A stretch of DNA of 32,000 nt from Candidatus Saccharimonadota bacterium (GTDB lineage: Bacteria > Bacteroidota > Bacteroidia > Cytophagales > Amoebophilaceae), in NCBI RefSeq assembly GCF_964030745.1, contig NZ_OZ034918.1, forward strand, positions 720,001 to 752,000. The letters are read 5' to 3'. How positions within the stretch are numbered: position 1 is the stretch's first letter; every line of letters begins with the position of its first letter. A program made the translations under genes and the position numbers. The notes beneath the pieces were generated by a model. The model made no database searches, was not told the DNA's origin, and saw only the letters and a list, made by a program, of their open reading frames with translations. Below are positions 1-9,500 of this stretch, one piece after another.

Positions 1-2
1 GG

Positions 3-974
3 TCAGATAACAAAAGGGGTACTTCACCTCATGTTAGCGCTGGGGGGGAGGCTGTAAATCTTGTAGCATTTTTGCAGAATGTATATAAATGCAGGCATAA
101 CAAGCTAGTAATTACAATAGGTCGTTTTGTGGATACACTTTCAATTATACAAATACACGATTTGTCTGCAGATAGCTCATTGCATAGCGTATCTGGAGAT
201 ACCCCATTCCATATTGCAGCCAGAGTTTGCAATAAAGAGATTTTTGAAGAGCTTCTAAAGAAATTAGAGGGTTTAGCGCTTTCGGCAGGTGTTCACTCAA
301 ATGAAGTGATATATAACGTTTTAAGTATAAAAAATAATGATGGTCTTACTGTGGCTGATGTTGCAAAACAAAATGGTGCTATAGTTATTCTTGAAGTGTG
401 CAAGAAATATGGTGTATCACCAGATATTATACGTATTGCTTGGCAAACTGTTGTCGCGCATCCAGATGTAGTTGAAGATTTAGAGGATATATCTGATAAA
501 GAGCAATGTGATCAATATAAAATGGCTCAAGAGAAGGCTATCAAATTATGCTACGTTGTGTGCGCTACATTAGCTACGCCTCACTCCATAGATAGCCATA
601 TGAATCACTCAACACATAATAGCACATTAGTGGATCAAACTAGATATGCTACACTTGCTACTGCAATCAGCAATAATGATCTAGATACTATTAAAGGATG
701 CTTAAATAATCTTGATGCACAAGAATATATAAATCAAGTCTATGTTAGAAAGCATGGTCAAGCATATGCTCCATTTGAGCTTGCAGTCATAGAGTCTCGA
801 GACAATATTCTCAAATGGTTCTTGAGTTTTCATACGAAAGATTTACCTATTCAATCAGTAGCGATTGCTTATGAATGGGCACTTGCTTTTTCTTGTGAAT
901 ATAAAAAATATGAACGTGTGGCTAATATTTTAGGAAAATTCTTAGCATCTAGTAAATTTCGTATGTCATGGTAG
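3..974 (+). CDS. ankyrin-repeat protein; the 5' end lies outside the window
   Basis: Frame 3 is open from nt 3, with no stop before the listed TTG at 72. It contains ANK-like units: RGTSPHVSAGGEAVNLVAFL, GDTPFHIAARVCNKEIFEELL and NDGLTVADVAKQNGAIVILEV. The stop TAG (972-974) overlaps the ATG (968) of the next ORF. Confidence 0.7.
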   Translation, partial: SDNKRGTSPHVSAGGEAVNLVAFLQNVYKCRHNKLVITIGRFVDTLSIIQIHDLSADSSLHSVSGDTPFHIAARVCNKEIFEELLKKLEGLALSAGVHSNEVIYNVLSIKNNDGLTVADVAKQNGAIVILEVCKKYGVSPDIIRIAWQTVVAHPDVVEDLEDISDKEQCDQYKMAQEKAIKLCYVVCATLATPHSIDSHMNHSTHNSTLVDQTRYATLATAISNNDLDTIKGCLNNLDAQEYINQVYVRKHGQAYAPFELAVIESRDNILKWFLSFHTKDLPIQSVAIAYEWALAFSCEYKKYERVANILGKFLASSKFRMSW

Positions 975-1265
975 AAAATAAGAAGTTTTTTGTATGTTAT
1001 CTGCTGGCATTAGCTCTATCAGTTGGGTGTAATATAGCTCAGAGGAATCTAATGTCTGGTGGGATGGATATGGGTATATCTCTTTCTATTCGTCTTACGA
1101 AAAAGCTCAAAACGGTTTATAAGGAGGTTTATGATAAAAAGATTAAAGATGTTGAAACTAGCATAGGTCATGCTGACTGTATTACACACAATGGGACTAG
1201 CGAGCATATAGGTGCTAAAGCCAAGGTAGTTAGAAGTCTTAGCAGTCAAAAAAAGATATATGAGG

Positions 1266-2455
1266 TGTAGTAGTTGATATTTAATCTGACATTTATTAAT
1301 TTGTGTTGATATAAATACCGACTACTATTATGAATTTACATCAAAAAATCATCAAGCCGAAAGTAGGCTTATTGGAGCTAGCAAAAACGTTGGGGAACAT
1401 TTCATCGGCGTGTAAAACTATGGGTTATAGTAGAGATAGCTATTATCGCTTCAAAGCCTTGTATGAAACAGGCGGTCAAGAGGCTTTACAAGAGATAAGC
1501 CGTAGGAAGCCGATTATGGCTAATAGAGTAGATCCTAGTATAGAAAAAGCAGTAGTAGATATGGCGATAGATTATCCAGCCTATGGCCAGCTTAGAGTAT
1601 CTAATGAACTAAAGCAACAAGGTATCCTGGTCTCTCCTGGCGGTGTCAGGTCTATCTGGTTACGTAATGACTTAAATAATATAAAAAAACGTCTTAAAGC
1701 CTTAGAAGCTAAAATGGCTCAAGATGGCCTTGTTTTAACGGAATCTCAGCTATCCGCATTAGAAAAACGTAAGCATGAACAAGAAGCATGTGGAGAAATA
1801 GATACAGAACACCCTGGTTATTTAGGCTGTCAAGATACTTATTACGTTGGTAACTTTAAAGGGATAGGTAAGGTTTATACGCAAGTATTTATAGATAGTT
1901 ATTCTCGGGTAGCTCATGCAAAACTCTATACTGATAAGACAGCCTTGACAGCTGCTGATATGTTAAATGATAGAGTATTGCCTTGGTATCAAGAACAAAG
2001 CATACCCCTCTTGCGCATTCTAACAGATCGTGGTACTGAGTATAAAGGTAAAATAGAGCATCATGCCTTTGAGTTGTTTTTAAGCATAGAAGGCATAGAA
2101 CATACTGTTACTAAAGCCTATTCACCGCAAACCAACGGGTTCTGTGAGCGGTTTAATAAAACGATGAAACAGGAATTCTTTGATACAGCTATGCGTAAGA
2201 AGATCTATACAGACCTGGATGTCTTGAAACAAGATTTAGATAGCTGGTTACATTATTATAATCATGAGCGACCACATTCTGGAAAGTACTGTTACGGTAA
2301 AACGCCTATACAAACTTGGGAAGATAGTAAAAAACTAGCCTTTGAAAAAAATAATCAAATCGCGTATCTTAAGAGCATACCTGACAAACTAAACTTAACT
2401 GACATCTATACAGTCTAATTTTTACTGCCTGTCAGATTAAATATCAACTACTACA
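1266..2455 (+). mobile_element. IS481-family insertion sequence, apparently intact
   Basis: Perfect 26-bp terminal inverted repeats TGTAGTAGTTGATATTTAATCTGACA (1266-1291; reverse complement at 2430-2455). A 7-bp direct repeat TATGAGG flanks it (1259-1265 and 2456-2462). It carries a single transposase ORF. Confidence 0.9.
1330..2418 (+). CDS. IS481-family DDE transposase (N-terminal HTH plus rve/integrase core)
   Basis: 362 aa. Integrase-core pattern: [14 protein letters not shown] ... [10 protein letters not shown] ... [20 protein letters not shown]. It sits between the IRs. Confidence 0.9.
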   Translation: MNLHQKIIKPKVGLLELAKTLGNISSACKTMGYSRDSYYRFKALYETGGQEALQEISRRKPIMANRVDPSIEKAVVDMAIDYPAYGQLRVSNELKQQGILVSPGGVRSIWLRNDLNNIKKRLKALEAKMAQDGLVLTESQLSALEKRKHEQEACGEIDTEHPGYLGCQDTYYVGNFKGIGKVYTQVFIDSYSRVAHAKLYTDKTALTAADMLNDRVLPWYQEQSIPLLRILTDRGTEYKGKIEHHAFELFLSIEGIEHTVTKAYSPQTNGFCERFNKTMKQEFFDTAMRKKIYTDLDVLKQDLDSWLHYYNHERPHSGKYCYGKTPIQTWEDSKKLAFEKNNQIAYLKSIPDKLNLTDIYTV

Positions 2456-2671
2456 TATGAGGCTATGTCTGAACTGTATCCGACTATCCTTAAGTATATA
2501 TATATACTTCTAGACCTAGAAAAACGTAAGAATAAGGTTTTTGAGCATCAGACTTTAGATCAGCAAAATGAGAGCCAGACACAGCTAAAGCTTCCTCATG
2601 CAGCTTATCTTGACATGCACATTAAAAAGGTTCATGAGAAGCTTGAGGATCTTCACGCTCCGTTTGTTAAC

Positions 2672-2830
2672 CTTCAGCTTGAACTTAGTGGGCTTCAGTT
2701 TGGTGAGCTTCAGCTTGCGCTTGATACGCTTCAGCCTCACCTTGGTGAGCTTCAGTTTGACCTTGATAAGCTTAAGCGTGAGCTTGGTGGGCTTCAGCTT
2801 GAACTTTCTAAGCTTCAGCGTCAGCTTAAT
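2672..2830 (+). repeat. in-frame degenerate tandem repeats (GCTTCAG-containing units) encoding a leucine/glutamine coiled-coil
   Basis: GCTTCAG recurs about 8 times in 160 nt. The peptide is LQLELSGLQFGELQLALDTLQPHLGELQFDLDKLKRELGGLQLELSKLQRQL. The repeat keeps a second frame open, which explains the spurious ORF 2598-2927. Confidence 0.8.
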
Positions 2831-2910
2831 AAGGCTAATGAAGCGTACTCGTTCAAATTATTGCATTGGCTTTGGTTTAAAATCATTCAGCCTATCTGTT
2901 CAAGGCGATA

Positions 2911-3060
2911 GTGGCTCCGGCCAGTAAGGATGTTAGGCCAGATTTAAAACAAATGGTGCTTAATCTAGCTACTACAGGGGCAGCTTCTTTGCCGGTTTGG
3001 ATGGAAGCATATAAAAGAAATGCTTCTGATAAAGTTGTTTTGCAACAAGCAGCTTTATAG
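2911..3060 (+). pseudogene. short remnant of an IS1634/IS4-like transposase
   Basis: The translation VAPASKDVRPDLKQMVLNLATTGAASLPVWMEAYKRNASDKVVLQQAAL* carries the SKD-x-RPDLKQ ... GN-x-SD pattern I associate with IS1634-type transposases. There is only ~50 codons, with no start and no catalytic core. Confidence 0.4.
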
Positions 3061-3121
3061 TTTTGATTTGTATTGAACTCATGTATAACAACCTAACTAT
3101 TTTAAACAGGTCTACAGTAAT

Positions 3122-4885
3122 ATGAACAAGTTACCGATTGGGGTTAGTAACTTTCAGGAGTTAGTAAAAGGGAATTACCTTTTTTGTGATAAAACAGCTA
3201 TGATTTCTGAATTTTTAAACAAAGGAGAGAAGGCTACGTTAATCGCTCGTCCTCGCCGTTGGGGCAAGACACTCAATATGTCTATGTTGCAGCATTTCTT
3301 TGCATCAGAGGTTAGTGGCGTAAGTACAAAAGGTCTATTTGATAATTTAGCGATTAGCAAGTTAGAAGGTGGTAACCACATTGATCAACATCAAGGTAAG
3401 TACCCGGTTATTATGCTAAGTTTTAAGGATGTTAATGCAGATAACTTTGCAGGCGCTTACAACAAAATAAGCAAACAAATATCTTTCCTGTTTAGCTCAT
3501 TTGAGTATTTATTAAAGGGTTCAAAGCTCAATACGGCACAGTTAAAAACTTTTAAAGATATTATTAATCAATCTGCTGACCAACAAGCTTTAGAGGATTC
3601 GATAAAACTCCTTAGTCAATGCCTTTACCAACACCATGGTCAAAAAGTTTATATCCTCATAGATGAATACGACACCCCACTCAACAAAGCTTATGGCAAT
3701 AAAGAACACTTGGATGCGATGGTCGCATTTATGCGTAATCTATTTAGTGCTGCCTTAAAAGATAATGATTATTTAGGAAGAGGTGTTTTAACGGGAATAT
3801 TGCGTGTTTCAAAGGATAGTATGCTATCTGGATTGAATAACCTGAAAACTTATACAATTTTAGATCAAGGCTATAGCAGCCACTTTGGTTTAAGCGAAAT
3901 GGAAGTTCAAGATTTATTTACCAAACAAGATCTTTCTATTTGTATGGATCAAGTAAAAAATTGGTATAATGGCTATAGGGTAGGCAGCTTGGTTATGTAT
4001 AATCCTTGGTCTATTATTTATTGTTTAAGCGAGAAAGGCCTTTTTGATCTCTATTGGGTCAATACGGGTAATAATGATCTAATCAAGCATCTGATTCTTA
4101 GCTCTAATAATAGCATTAAAGAGCAATTTGAAACATTGATGCAAGAGGAAACTTTAAAGGTTGCTGTTGATAAACATCTTGCCTTTGATTTGTTAGGTAC
4201 CAGCGAAAATGCTTTATGGAGTTTGCTTTTATTTGCTGGCTATTTAACTTTTGAAAAAAGTATTTTAAGTAAGCATAGTGATTTATATGATTGCTCAGTT
4301 AAGATTCCTAATAATGAAGTACGCAGGCTCTATAATAGATTTTTTGAAGAATGGTTGCTTAGTAAATTTCCTAGTCAGCATAGGTATGATACTTTTTTGA
4401 ATCATTTACTTTCTGGTAAAATAAATGAATTTACACGAGATTTAAACGCCTATCTCTTACAAAGTGCTAGCTTTTTTGATGTGCATGCTGCTAAACAAGG
4501 CGAAAGCTTTTACCATGGCTTTGTACTAGCTATGCTGGCTAGCATTAGTGACAGATACTATATACGCTCTAATAGGGAAAGTGGCTTTGGCCGTTATGAT
4601 GTGCTATTGATTCCCCAAAAATCATCTAAAGCCATTCTATTGGAATTTAAACATCTACGTAAGGAAGAAGAGCTGGAAAATGTAGCAAAAGTTGCGCTAA
4701 AACAAATCCAAGATCAATCTTACCATACTGAATTATTACACCATCCTCATGTAAATGAAGTAGTAGAAGTGGGCATTGCTTTTTCAGGCAAGTCAGTTGT
4801 ATCGGCTTATTCCACTTATGATTTGATTAGTAAAAAAACTGGTGATATTATTTTTGCAAGTAGCTATCAGCAGGAAGAAGCGTAA
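3122..4885 (+). CDS. predicted AAA-ATPase-like protein with a C-terminal PD-(D/E)XK nuclease-like domain (AAA-ATPase_like + PDDEXK_9 architecture)
   Basis: 587 aa. The N-terminus KLPIGVSNFQELVKGNYLFCDKT...IARPRRWGKTLNMSML and ILIDEYDTP are typical of this family. The C-terminus ESGFGRYDVLLIPQKSSKAILLEFK is a PD-(D/E)XK-like motif. Confidence 0.75.
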   Translation: MNKLPIGVSNFQELVKGNYLFCDKTAMISEFLNKGEKATLIARPRRWGKTLNMSMLQHFFASEVSGVSTKGLFDNLAISKLEGGNHIDQHQGKYPVIMLSFKDVNADNFAGAYNKISKQISFLFSSFEYLLKGSKLNTAQLKTFKDIINQSADQQALEDSIKLLSQCLYQHHGQKVYILIDEYDTPLNKAYGNKEHLDAMVAFMRNLFSAALKDNDYLGRGVLTGILRVSKDSMLSGLNNLKTYTILDQGYSSHFGLSEMEVQDLFTKQDLSICMDQVKNWYNGYRVGSLVMYNPWSIIYCLSEKGLFDLYWVNTGNNDLIKHLILSSNNSIKEQFETLMQEETLKVAVDKHLAFDLLGTSENALWSLLLFAGYLTFEKSILSKHSDLYDCSVKIPNNEVRRLYNRFFEEWLLSKFPSQHRYDTFLNHLLSGKINEFTRDLNAYLLQSASFFDVHAAKQGESFYHGFVLAMLASISDRYYIRSNRESGFGRYDVLLIPQKSSKAILLEFKHLRKEEELENVAKVALKQIQDQSYHTELLHHPHVNEVVEVGIAFSGKSVVSAYSTYDLISKKTGDIIFASSYQQEEA

Positions 4886-5064
4886 GAATAGTCTCTACCT
4901 TAAATAGTCGACCCTGAAGTATTCATACTTCAAGTTATTTATTAAAAAAATAATCACCTGCCCCATTTCAATTTTTTCATGTTCTGTATCTATTCTAATC
5001 CTGGTATCTGTATACGTTAGTTCAGGATAAAGCATCTTAGTGCTATAGGTTTTATTTTACCTGA

Positions 5065-5910
5065 TTAGGTGGGTATTAGGAATGTTTTTCTTGTAATAAG
5101 GCGTAGATTATGGCTAATAGCACATAGAATAGCATTGAGTTTGTCTCCCAATATTCCTTTCAAGTAGTTAACCGCTAATTTACCATCAGATTTCATATGA
5201 CCAATATGTGGTTCAATAGCAGATCTTCTTTTTAGTGCTTTTTTGAGACTAGGCGTTATACCTCTTTTAGAGCCGCTTATAAATATATTACATTGACTAT
5301 TAGGTATATTATGACCTCTGTAACCCCTGTCTACGAAGACGTGTTTTACCTGAGTACCAGATAGTTTTTCTGCTTGTAATAAACTTCTATGCAAGGTATG
5401 TCCATCATATTCATTAGGATGTAAAGCTTCCGTTGATACAATCAAGCCTTGTTTATGGGTGAGCGTAAATTGCACCTTACAACCATACTCATAGGGATTT
5501 AAAGCCTTACCTTTACTTACGCAGTAAACAGCAGGTTCATGGATACTATAGACTTTATTTTTACTTTTTTTTGATTGGTTAATAATCCTTTTACTTATAG
5601 AAAGCAGATGTCTAAACTGGGTGCGTATTGCTTCATCACACGATTGTATAGAGCGTTCTACATCTCTTACCACCCGACCAAGATAGTTTTTTAATGTTTT
5701 AACGCCTTTGGCTAAACGTTTAAACTGTTTAGCATGTGCATAGCCATCTACTTTACGTTTGATAGCTGGCCCTAGACGTTGGTAGGTTTGACGGAGTTTA
5801 ACGCCTGTTTTCTTAGCTATAGCCACTAGTTTTTGTCTAGCCTTATTAAGCAACGAAGAATCAGTTGGATAGCGAATATTTTTCTCCATTACAGTAGTGT
5901 CGGATATCAC
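5065..5910 (-). CDS. IS5-family transposase, DDE catalytic part (orfB); the -1 frame is open back to nt 5943
   Basis: 281 aa. Contains DTTVMEKNIRYPTDSSLL, VFVDRGYRGH and RRSAIEPHIGHMKSDGKLAVNYLKG (DDE_Tnp_1 pattern). Its frame overlaps the orfA end at the A AAA AAG motif. Confidence 0.8.
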   Translation of the reverse strand: MISDTTVMEKNIRYPTDSSLLNKARQKLVAIAKKTGVKLRQTYQRLGPAIKRKVDGYAHAKQFKRLAKGVKTLKNYLGRVVRDVERSIQSCDEAIRTQFRHLLSISKRIINQSKKSKNKVYSIHEPAVYCVSKGKALNPYEYGCKVQFTLTHKQGLIVSTEALHPNEYDGHTLHRSLLQAEKLSGTQVKHVFVDRGYRGHNIPNSQCNIFISGSKRGITPSLKKALKRRSAIEPHIGHMKSDGKLAVNYLKGILGDKLNAILCAISHNLRLITRKTFLIPT

Positions 5911-5933
5911 TTTTTCAAGTTCTTTTGGGCAGA

Positions 5934-6344
5934 CTACTTTTTTTTAATGGCTAATTGTATAGTCATCGATAAGATCTTATTAAGACCTTCTGCTCCCAAT
6001 CTTTGACGCCAACGAGTTAATGAACTAGGGTGACAAGCTGCCTTAATCTGAAAATAATCATAGCCACAAAGGTATTGCCAATAAGGATTTTCTACCCATC
6101 TAGCAACTACTTGCTCATCAGAAACTTGGTACATATGACTGATAATGAGTAGGCCTACAATCAAACGAATAGGTAAAGGAGGTTGACCGGGTCCATAGCT
6201 AAAGCTGCGGTCTAAATCTGATTCTAAGGATTGCCAAGGAATGGAATCAGCTAACTGAAATAAGGCGTGTTGGGGATTAAGAATCCCAGATAAGCGTTGC
6301 TCAAAAAGCCTACCACAAGAATGATTTATCCTCTTAGATTTCAT
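5934..6344 (-). CDS. IS5-family transposase, N-terminal part (orfA, DUF772/InsH N-terminal-like)
   Basis: 136 aa. PLPIRLIVGLLIISHMYQVSDEQVVARWVENPYWQYLCGYDYF...HPSSLTRWRQRLG is typical of IS5-family transposase N-termini. It ends in ...AIKKK* on an A8 run. Confidence 0.8.
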   Translation of the reverse strand: MKSKRINHSCGRLFEQRLSGILNPQHALFQLADSIPWQSLESDLDRSFSYGPGQPPLPIRLIVGLLIISHMYQVSDEQVVARWVENPYWQYLCGYDYFQIKAACHPSSLTRWRQRLGAEGLNKILSMTIQLAIKKK

Positions 6345-6599
6345 CCCTATTTTGCAAGGTTTTATACAAAAAAACTCTAAAAATGGTTATTATATATACT
6401 ATAATATACGGTTTTTTATATTCATAAACAAATAAATATATAATATTTCAGGGCCGACTAAATAGTTTACTAATGTTCTTTAAAAAGTTAGTATTGGACT
6501 GGTCAAGATTTTGCCTGAAAGAAGTATAGAAAGACCCGAATCTCTAGCCTAAATAGACTACAAGAAATATCACTTAATCCTTAACTTGACGCATATGGT

Positions 6600-9500
6600 T
6601 TAGTGAACACTTCCATTTAAAATCTGATTACATATATTTTCCATTTCTGATAACCAAGTTAAAATATTATTTTTTTGGGACCATGGAATATAAAAGTCCA
6701 TAGTATCTTTGGCTATTCTTTTTTGGTCTTCTAGTTTTCGTGCAGCTATAGTTCTTAGATTGTGAAGTCTATCAGCTAGCTTAATCTGAACGACACGAAT
6801 ATCCTTACACTTATTTAATATATTTTGATTATCAGACTTATCTAGTTTCCATCGCAAACCATAAGTATTATAATGCGTAACCATGTCTACTATATAAGCA
6901 ACTTCCATTCCATATAGTAGTTCTATTTGCTCTAATGTAACGATTGTATCCTCTACTACATCATGTAATAGAGCCGCTAAAATGGTTTCAGCATTCTTTG
7001 TAGCTTCTAATACAATCTTAGCTACCCCCATGGGGTGGGTATAATAAGGATCACCTGACTTACGTATAACATTGCCATGTGCTTGCTTAATAAAGTGAAT
7101 GGTTGCTTTTACCTTTTGTTCAGTTAACGTTGTGTTGCTTACAAGCAGGCTAATAAGCTCTTTTTCTTGGGTTAAACTTGCATCAGTTTCTGCTAACTTA
7201 TTAGATAAGTCATCGGTATGATATCGTTTAAACTGCATAACTTTTTTGCCATCAATAGGTAATATATAGAAACAGGCTAAACCACTTTCTGTTTCTATGG
7301 TTTCTATATATCCTCCATGAGCTTGTACAATTTTTCTACTTTCTTCTTGATATAGATTATTGATGGTCTTAGGTACGAAGTATGAATTAATCTTATCTGT
7401 AATTACATAAGTAGGTGCTATATTGGGATTATCTGTATCTGTGGATATAGAAAAAGCGAGTGCAGGTAATATAGGAGCGCTTAATTGCTTCTCAGAGGTA
7501 CTATATATGGATACCTGGTTAGGCTCAGGAAAAGGGTAAGATAACAATGTGTCTGAAATAGTTAAATAAACGGTATGATCTATGGTATATTTACTCTGGC
7601 ATAGGTTTAAAAAATTTATAGTCAATAATCTTTCAAAGATAGTTGGGTCGGTTAATAAATATTTTTCTTTTGTTTTTTTCGTTAAAAGCAGCTGTATAGG
7701 TATATCTAGTTTCCTAACGGTTTCATAAGATTTTAGGATCAGTTTCTCTATGTCAACTTTATGGATAGATTTGGAATCTAACGTGTACGTATGTTCTTCC
7801 TTAGCTCTTTTTAGTAACGATTGTCTAAATACATATAACTGTTTCTGGTGTTTCTCTATAGGTAGGTTTTTTGCATGTATGCCCAGTTCATCAGCTATAT
7901 CTTGCAACACTTTTCCGCTATAGGTAGGATCTAATCTGTTCCAGTTTTCTTGATTATGTAGAGAAGCTAGCGTATACTGTTGATCGCAGATTCTAGTTAA
8001 CGCTATAGTTTGTAATTGTCTGTTAACTTTATTTCTTAAATATCGATAGACTAGGCAACTAAGTAGAATGGTTAACCCTATCATTGTTTCTGTAGTTATC
8101 CATTCTTTACAACTTACAAGGTCTAAATGAGGCGGTATCCATTTATATATCAATAATACGACAGATAGCATTATTATTGTTATGGTATATGGCAATAATA
8201 GACTACTTATACCTATGTTGATTATAAACATTGCGCAAGCCATAGGTTCAAAATGGCTTAGTTTCATATAGGTGATGCCAGAAATAAAAAGGACTCCATA
8301 TAAAACTATAGGCCACAATCCATGCAACAGACTATTACCTTCCTGTTTATAAGCATGAAGTGTAGGATAGATGGTTATTACTGTTCCTATAGCCATGACA
8401 GATATATACCAGTATATGTAAGGAAATAGATATACTTGCTTCACATAGAAAAGTAGTATGGCGTTGTAAACAATAAAATAAATACCTGACGCTATGAAAG
8501 TAGTAGCGCTTTTAGGAAATATATCTTTCCAGTAAGAAATAGTAAAAATTGATTGAAAATAGTATAATTTTCTTAACCACCAACGTTTGGTTTCTTGGTT
8601 TTGTAGTTTTACTGGACTATCATCTGGAATCCCCACCCAACCCGTATTTGGCTTTTTAGGTAGCAGGTAATGAAGGATCAATAAAATGGACGCACCATAT
8701 ATAAGGGATAGAAATACATCTCGTTCTCTTATAGGTTGTCCTTTTATAAAGATATGGTAAACTGTCATAGCCGTGTTAATTCCCATCGACCATAAGACAG
8801 CAGCTGAACGAGGTCTAAATCCAAAGCAAGCCATAATCATTGGAACTGTAACCGAAGGCGTATAGAAATAAAATACTTTATTTAAAAATTGTCTAATATT
8901 ACTCATGTGTAATGTGATCAGAATGGTAGCTATACCTATTAAACCAGAGGATATTCGTACAACTCTTAGAGAATATTTATCAGTTCGTTCTCTAGAACCG
9001 GTTATGAAAGGCCATATATCATTAGCAAATAACACAGAACCTGTATGTAAATAAGAATCAACTGTAGAAATACATAAAGCAATAATAGATGTTATAAGCA
9101 ACCCTTTGATTCCAGGAAAATGATTAAGCTGCATAATATAGTCTAGTATTTTTTGTTTAGGTGGAATACTATTGCCACTCGTGTATAAAGCAGCAATAAC
9201 AACTAAAAATAGAAGTGAAAAAACGATCCGAATTGTACCACTCTTGAAAAATACTTTGGTTGCTTGTTGAATAGAAGAAGACATATAAAAACGCTGAATT
9301 TGCGCTGGATCAAAAGTAAATATGGAATGCCAAATGAAATAAGTAAACAGATGAACTAAGGAGTTATCCCATGTAGGAGAGATATCCCAAGTAGCTACTT
9401 GGGATAAATTAAACTGTGACATATTGACAAATTTTTGCCAGTTAATCCATTGGTTTTTAGAATTATATAACAAAGTAAAAGTTAGAATAGGCAAACAAAC

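Larger units (their letters stand above)
968..2911 (+). pseudogene. lipoprotein-signal / coiled-coil protein gene split by an IS481-family insertion (5' part 968-1265, 3' part 2463-2911)
   Basis: The N-terminus MVENKKFFVCYLLALALSVGC looks like a lipobox. Removing 1266-2455 plus one TATGAGG copy joins ...KKIYE in frame to AMSELYPTILK..., the listed ORF 2465-2911. The premature stop at 1268-1270 is supplied by the IS end. Confidence 0.75.
4905..6460 (-). mobile_element. IS5-family insertion sequence (two-ORF transposase)
   Basis: Imperfect terminal inverted repeats: TAGTCGACCCTGAAGTATT (4905-) against the reverse complement of 6442-6460, TAGTCGGCCCTGAAATATT (17/19). They enclose orfA and orfB. 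The exact ends and TSD are ambiguous because TAAATAG occurs at both junctions. Confidence 0.7.

Noticed and set aside
29-232. 67-aa minus-strand ORF at the left edge
   Set aside because: It is antisense to the ankyrin-repeat ORF, which is open through this region and has recognisable repeats.
1049-1249. 66-aa minus-strand ORF
   Set aside because: It is antisense to the 5' half of the IS-split lipoprotein gene and has no motif support.
2672-2830. Possible CRISPR-like array of short repeats
   Set aside because: The repeats are 9-21 nt, contiguous and in-frame inside a coding region. There are no unique spacers of CRISPR length and no leader or cas genes.
2598-2927. 109-aa ORF in an alternative frame of the coiled-coil gene
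   Set aside because: It is an artefact of the GCTTCAG tandem repeats keeping a second frame open. Its product is a monotonous L/S/F-rich string, and the other frame joins precisely to the IS-split 5' half.
4892-6556. Direct repeats TCTCTACCTTAAATAG (4892-4907) and TCTCTAGCCTAAATAG (6541-6556), plus CTAAATAG at 6458-6465, around the IS5-family element
   Set aside because: These could indicate a different right boundary or a preferred target motif. However, the clear inverted repeats end at 6460 and the 80 nt in between match nothing. I could not resolve the true TSD (TAAATAG versus shorter), so the element ends are reported only approximately.
6579-6598. CCTTAACTTGACGCATATGG, whose reverse complement matches 11602-11620 (CCATAGGCGTCAAGTTAAG) at 17-18 of 19 positions
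   Set aside because: My rough estimate is that a few such near-matches are expected by chance among all position pairs of a 32-kb AT-rich window. There is no extended similarity on either side.
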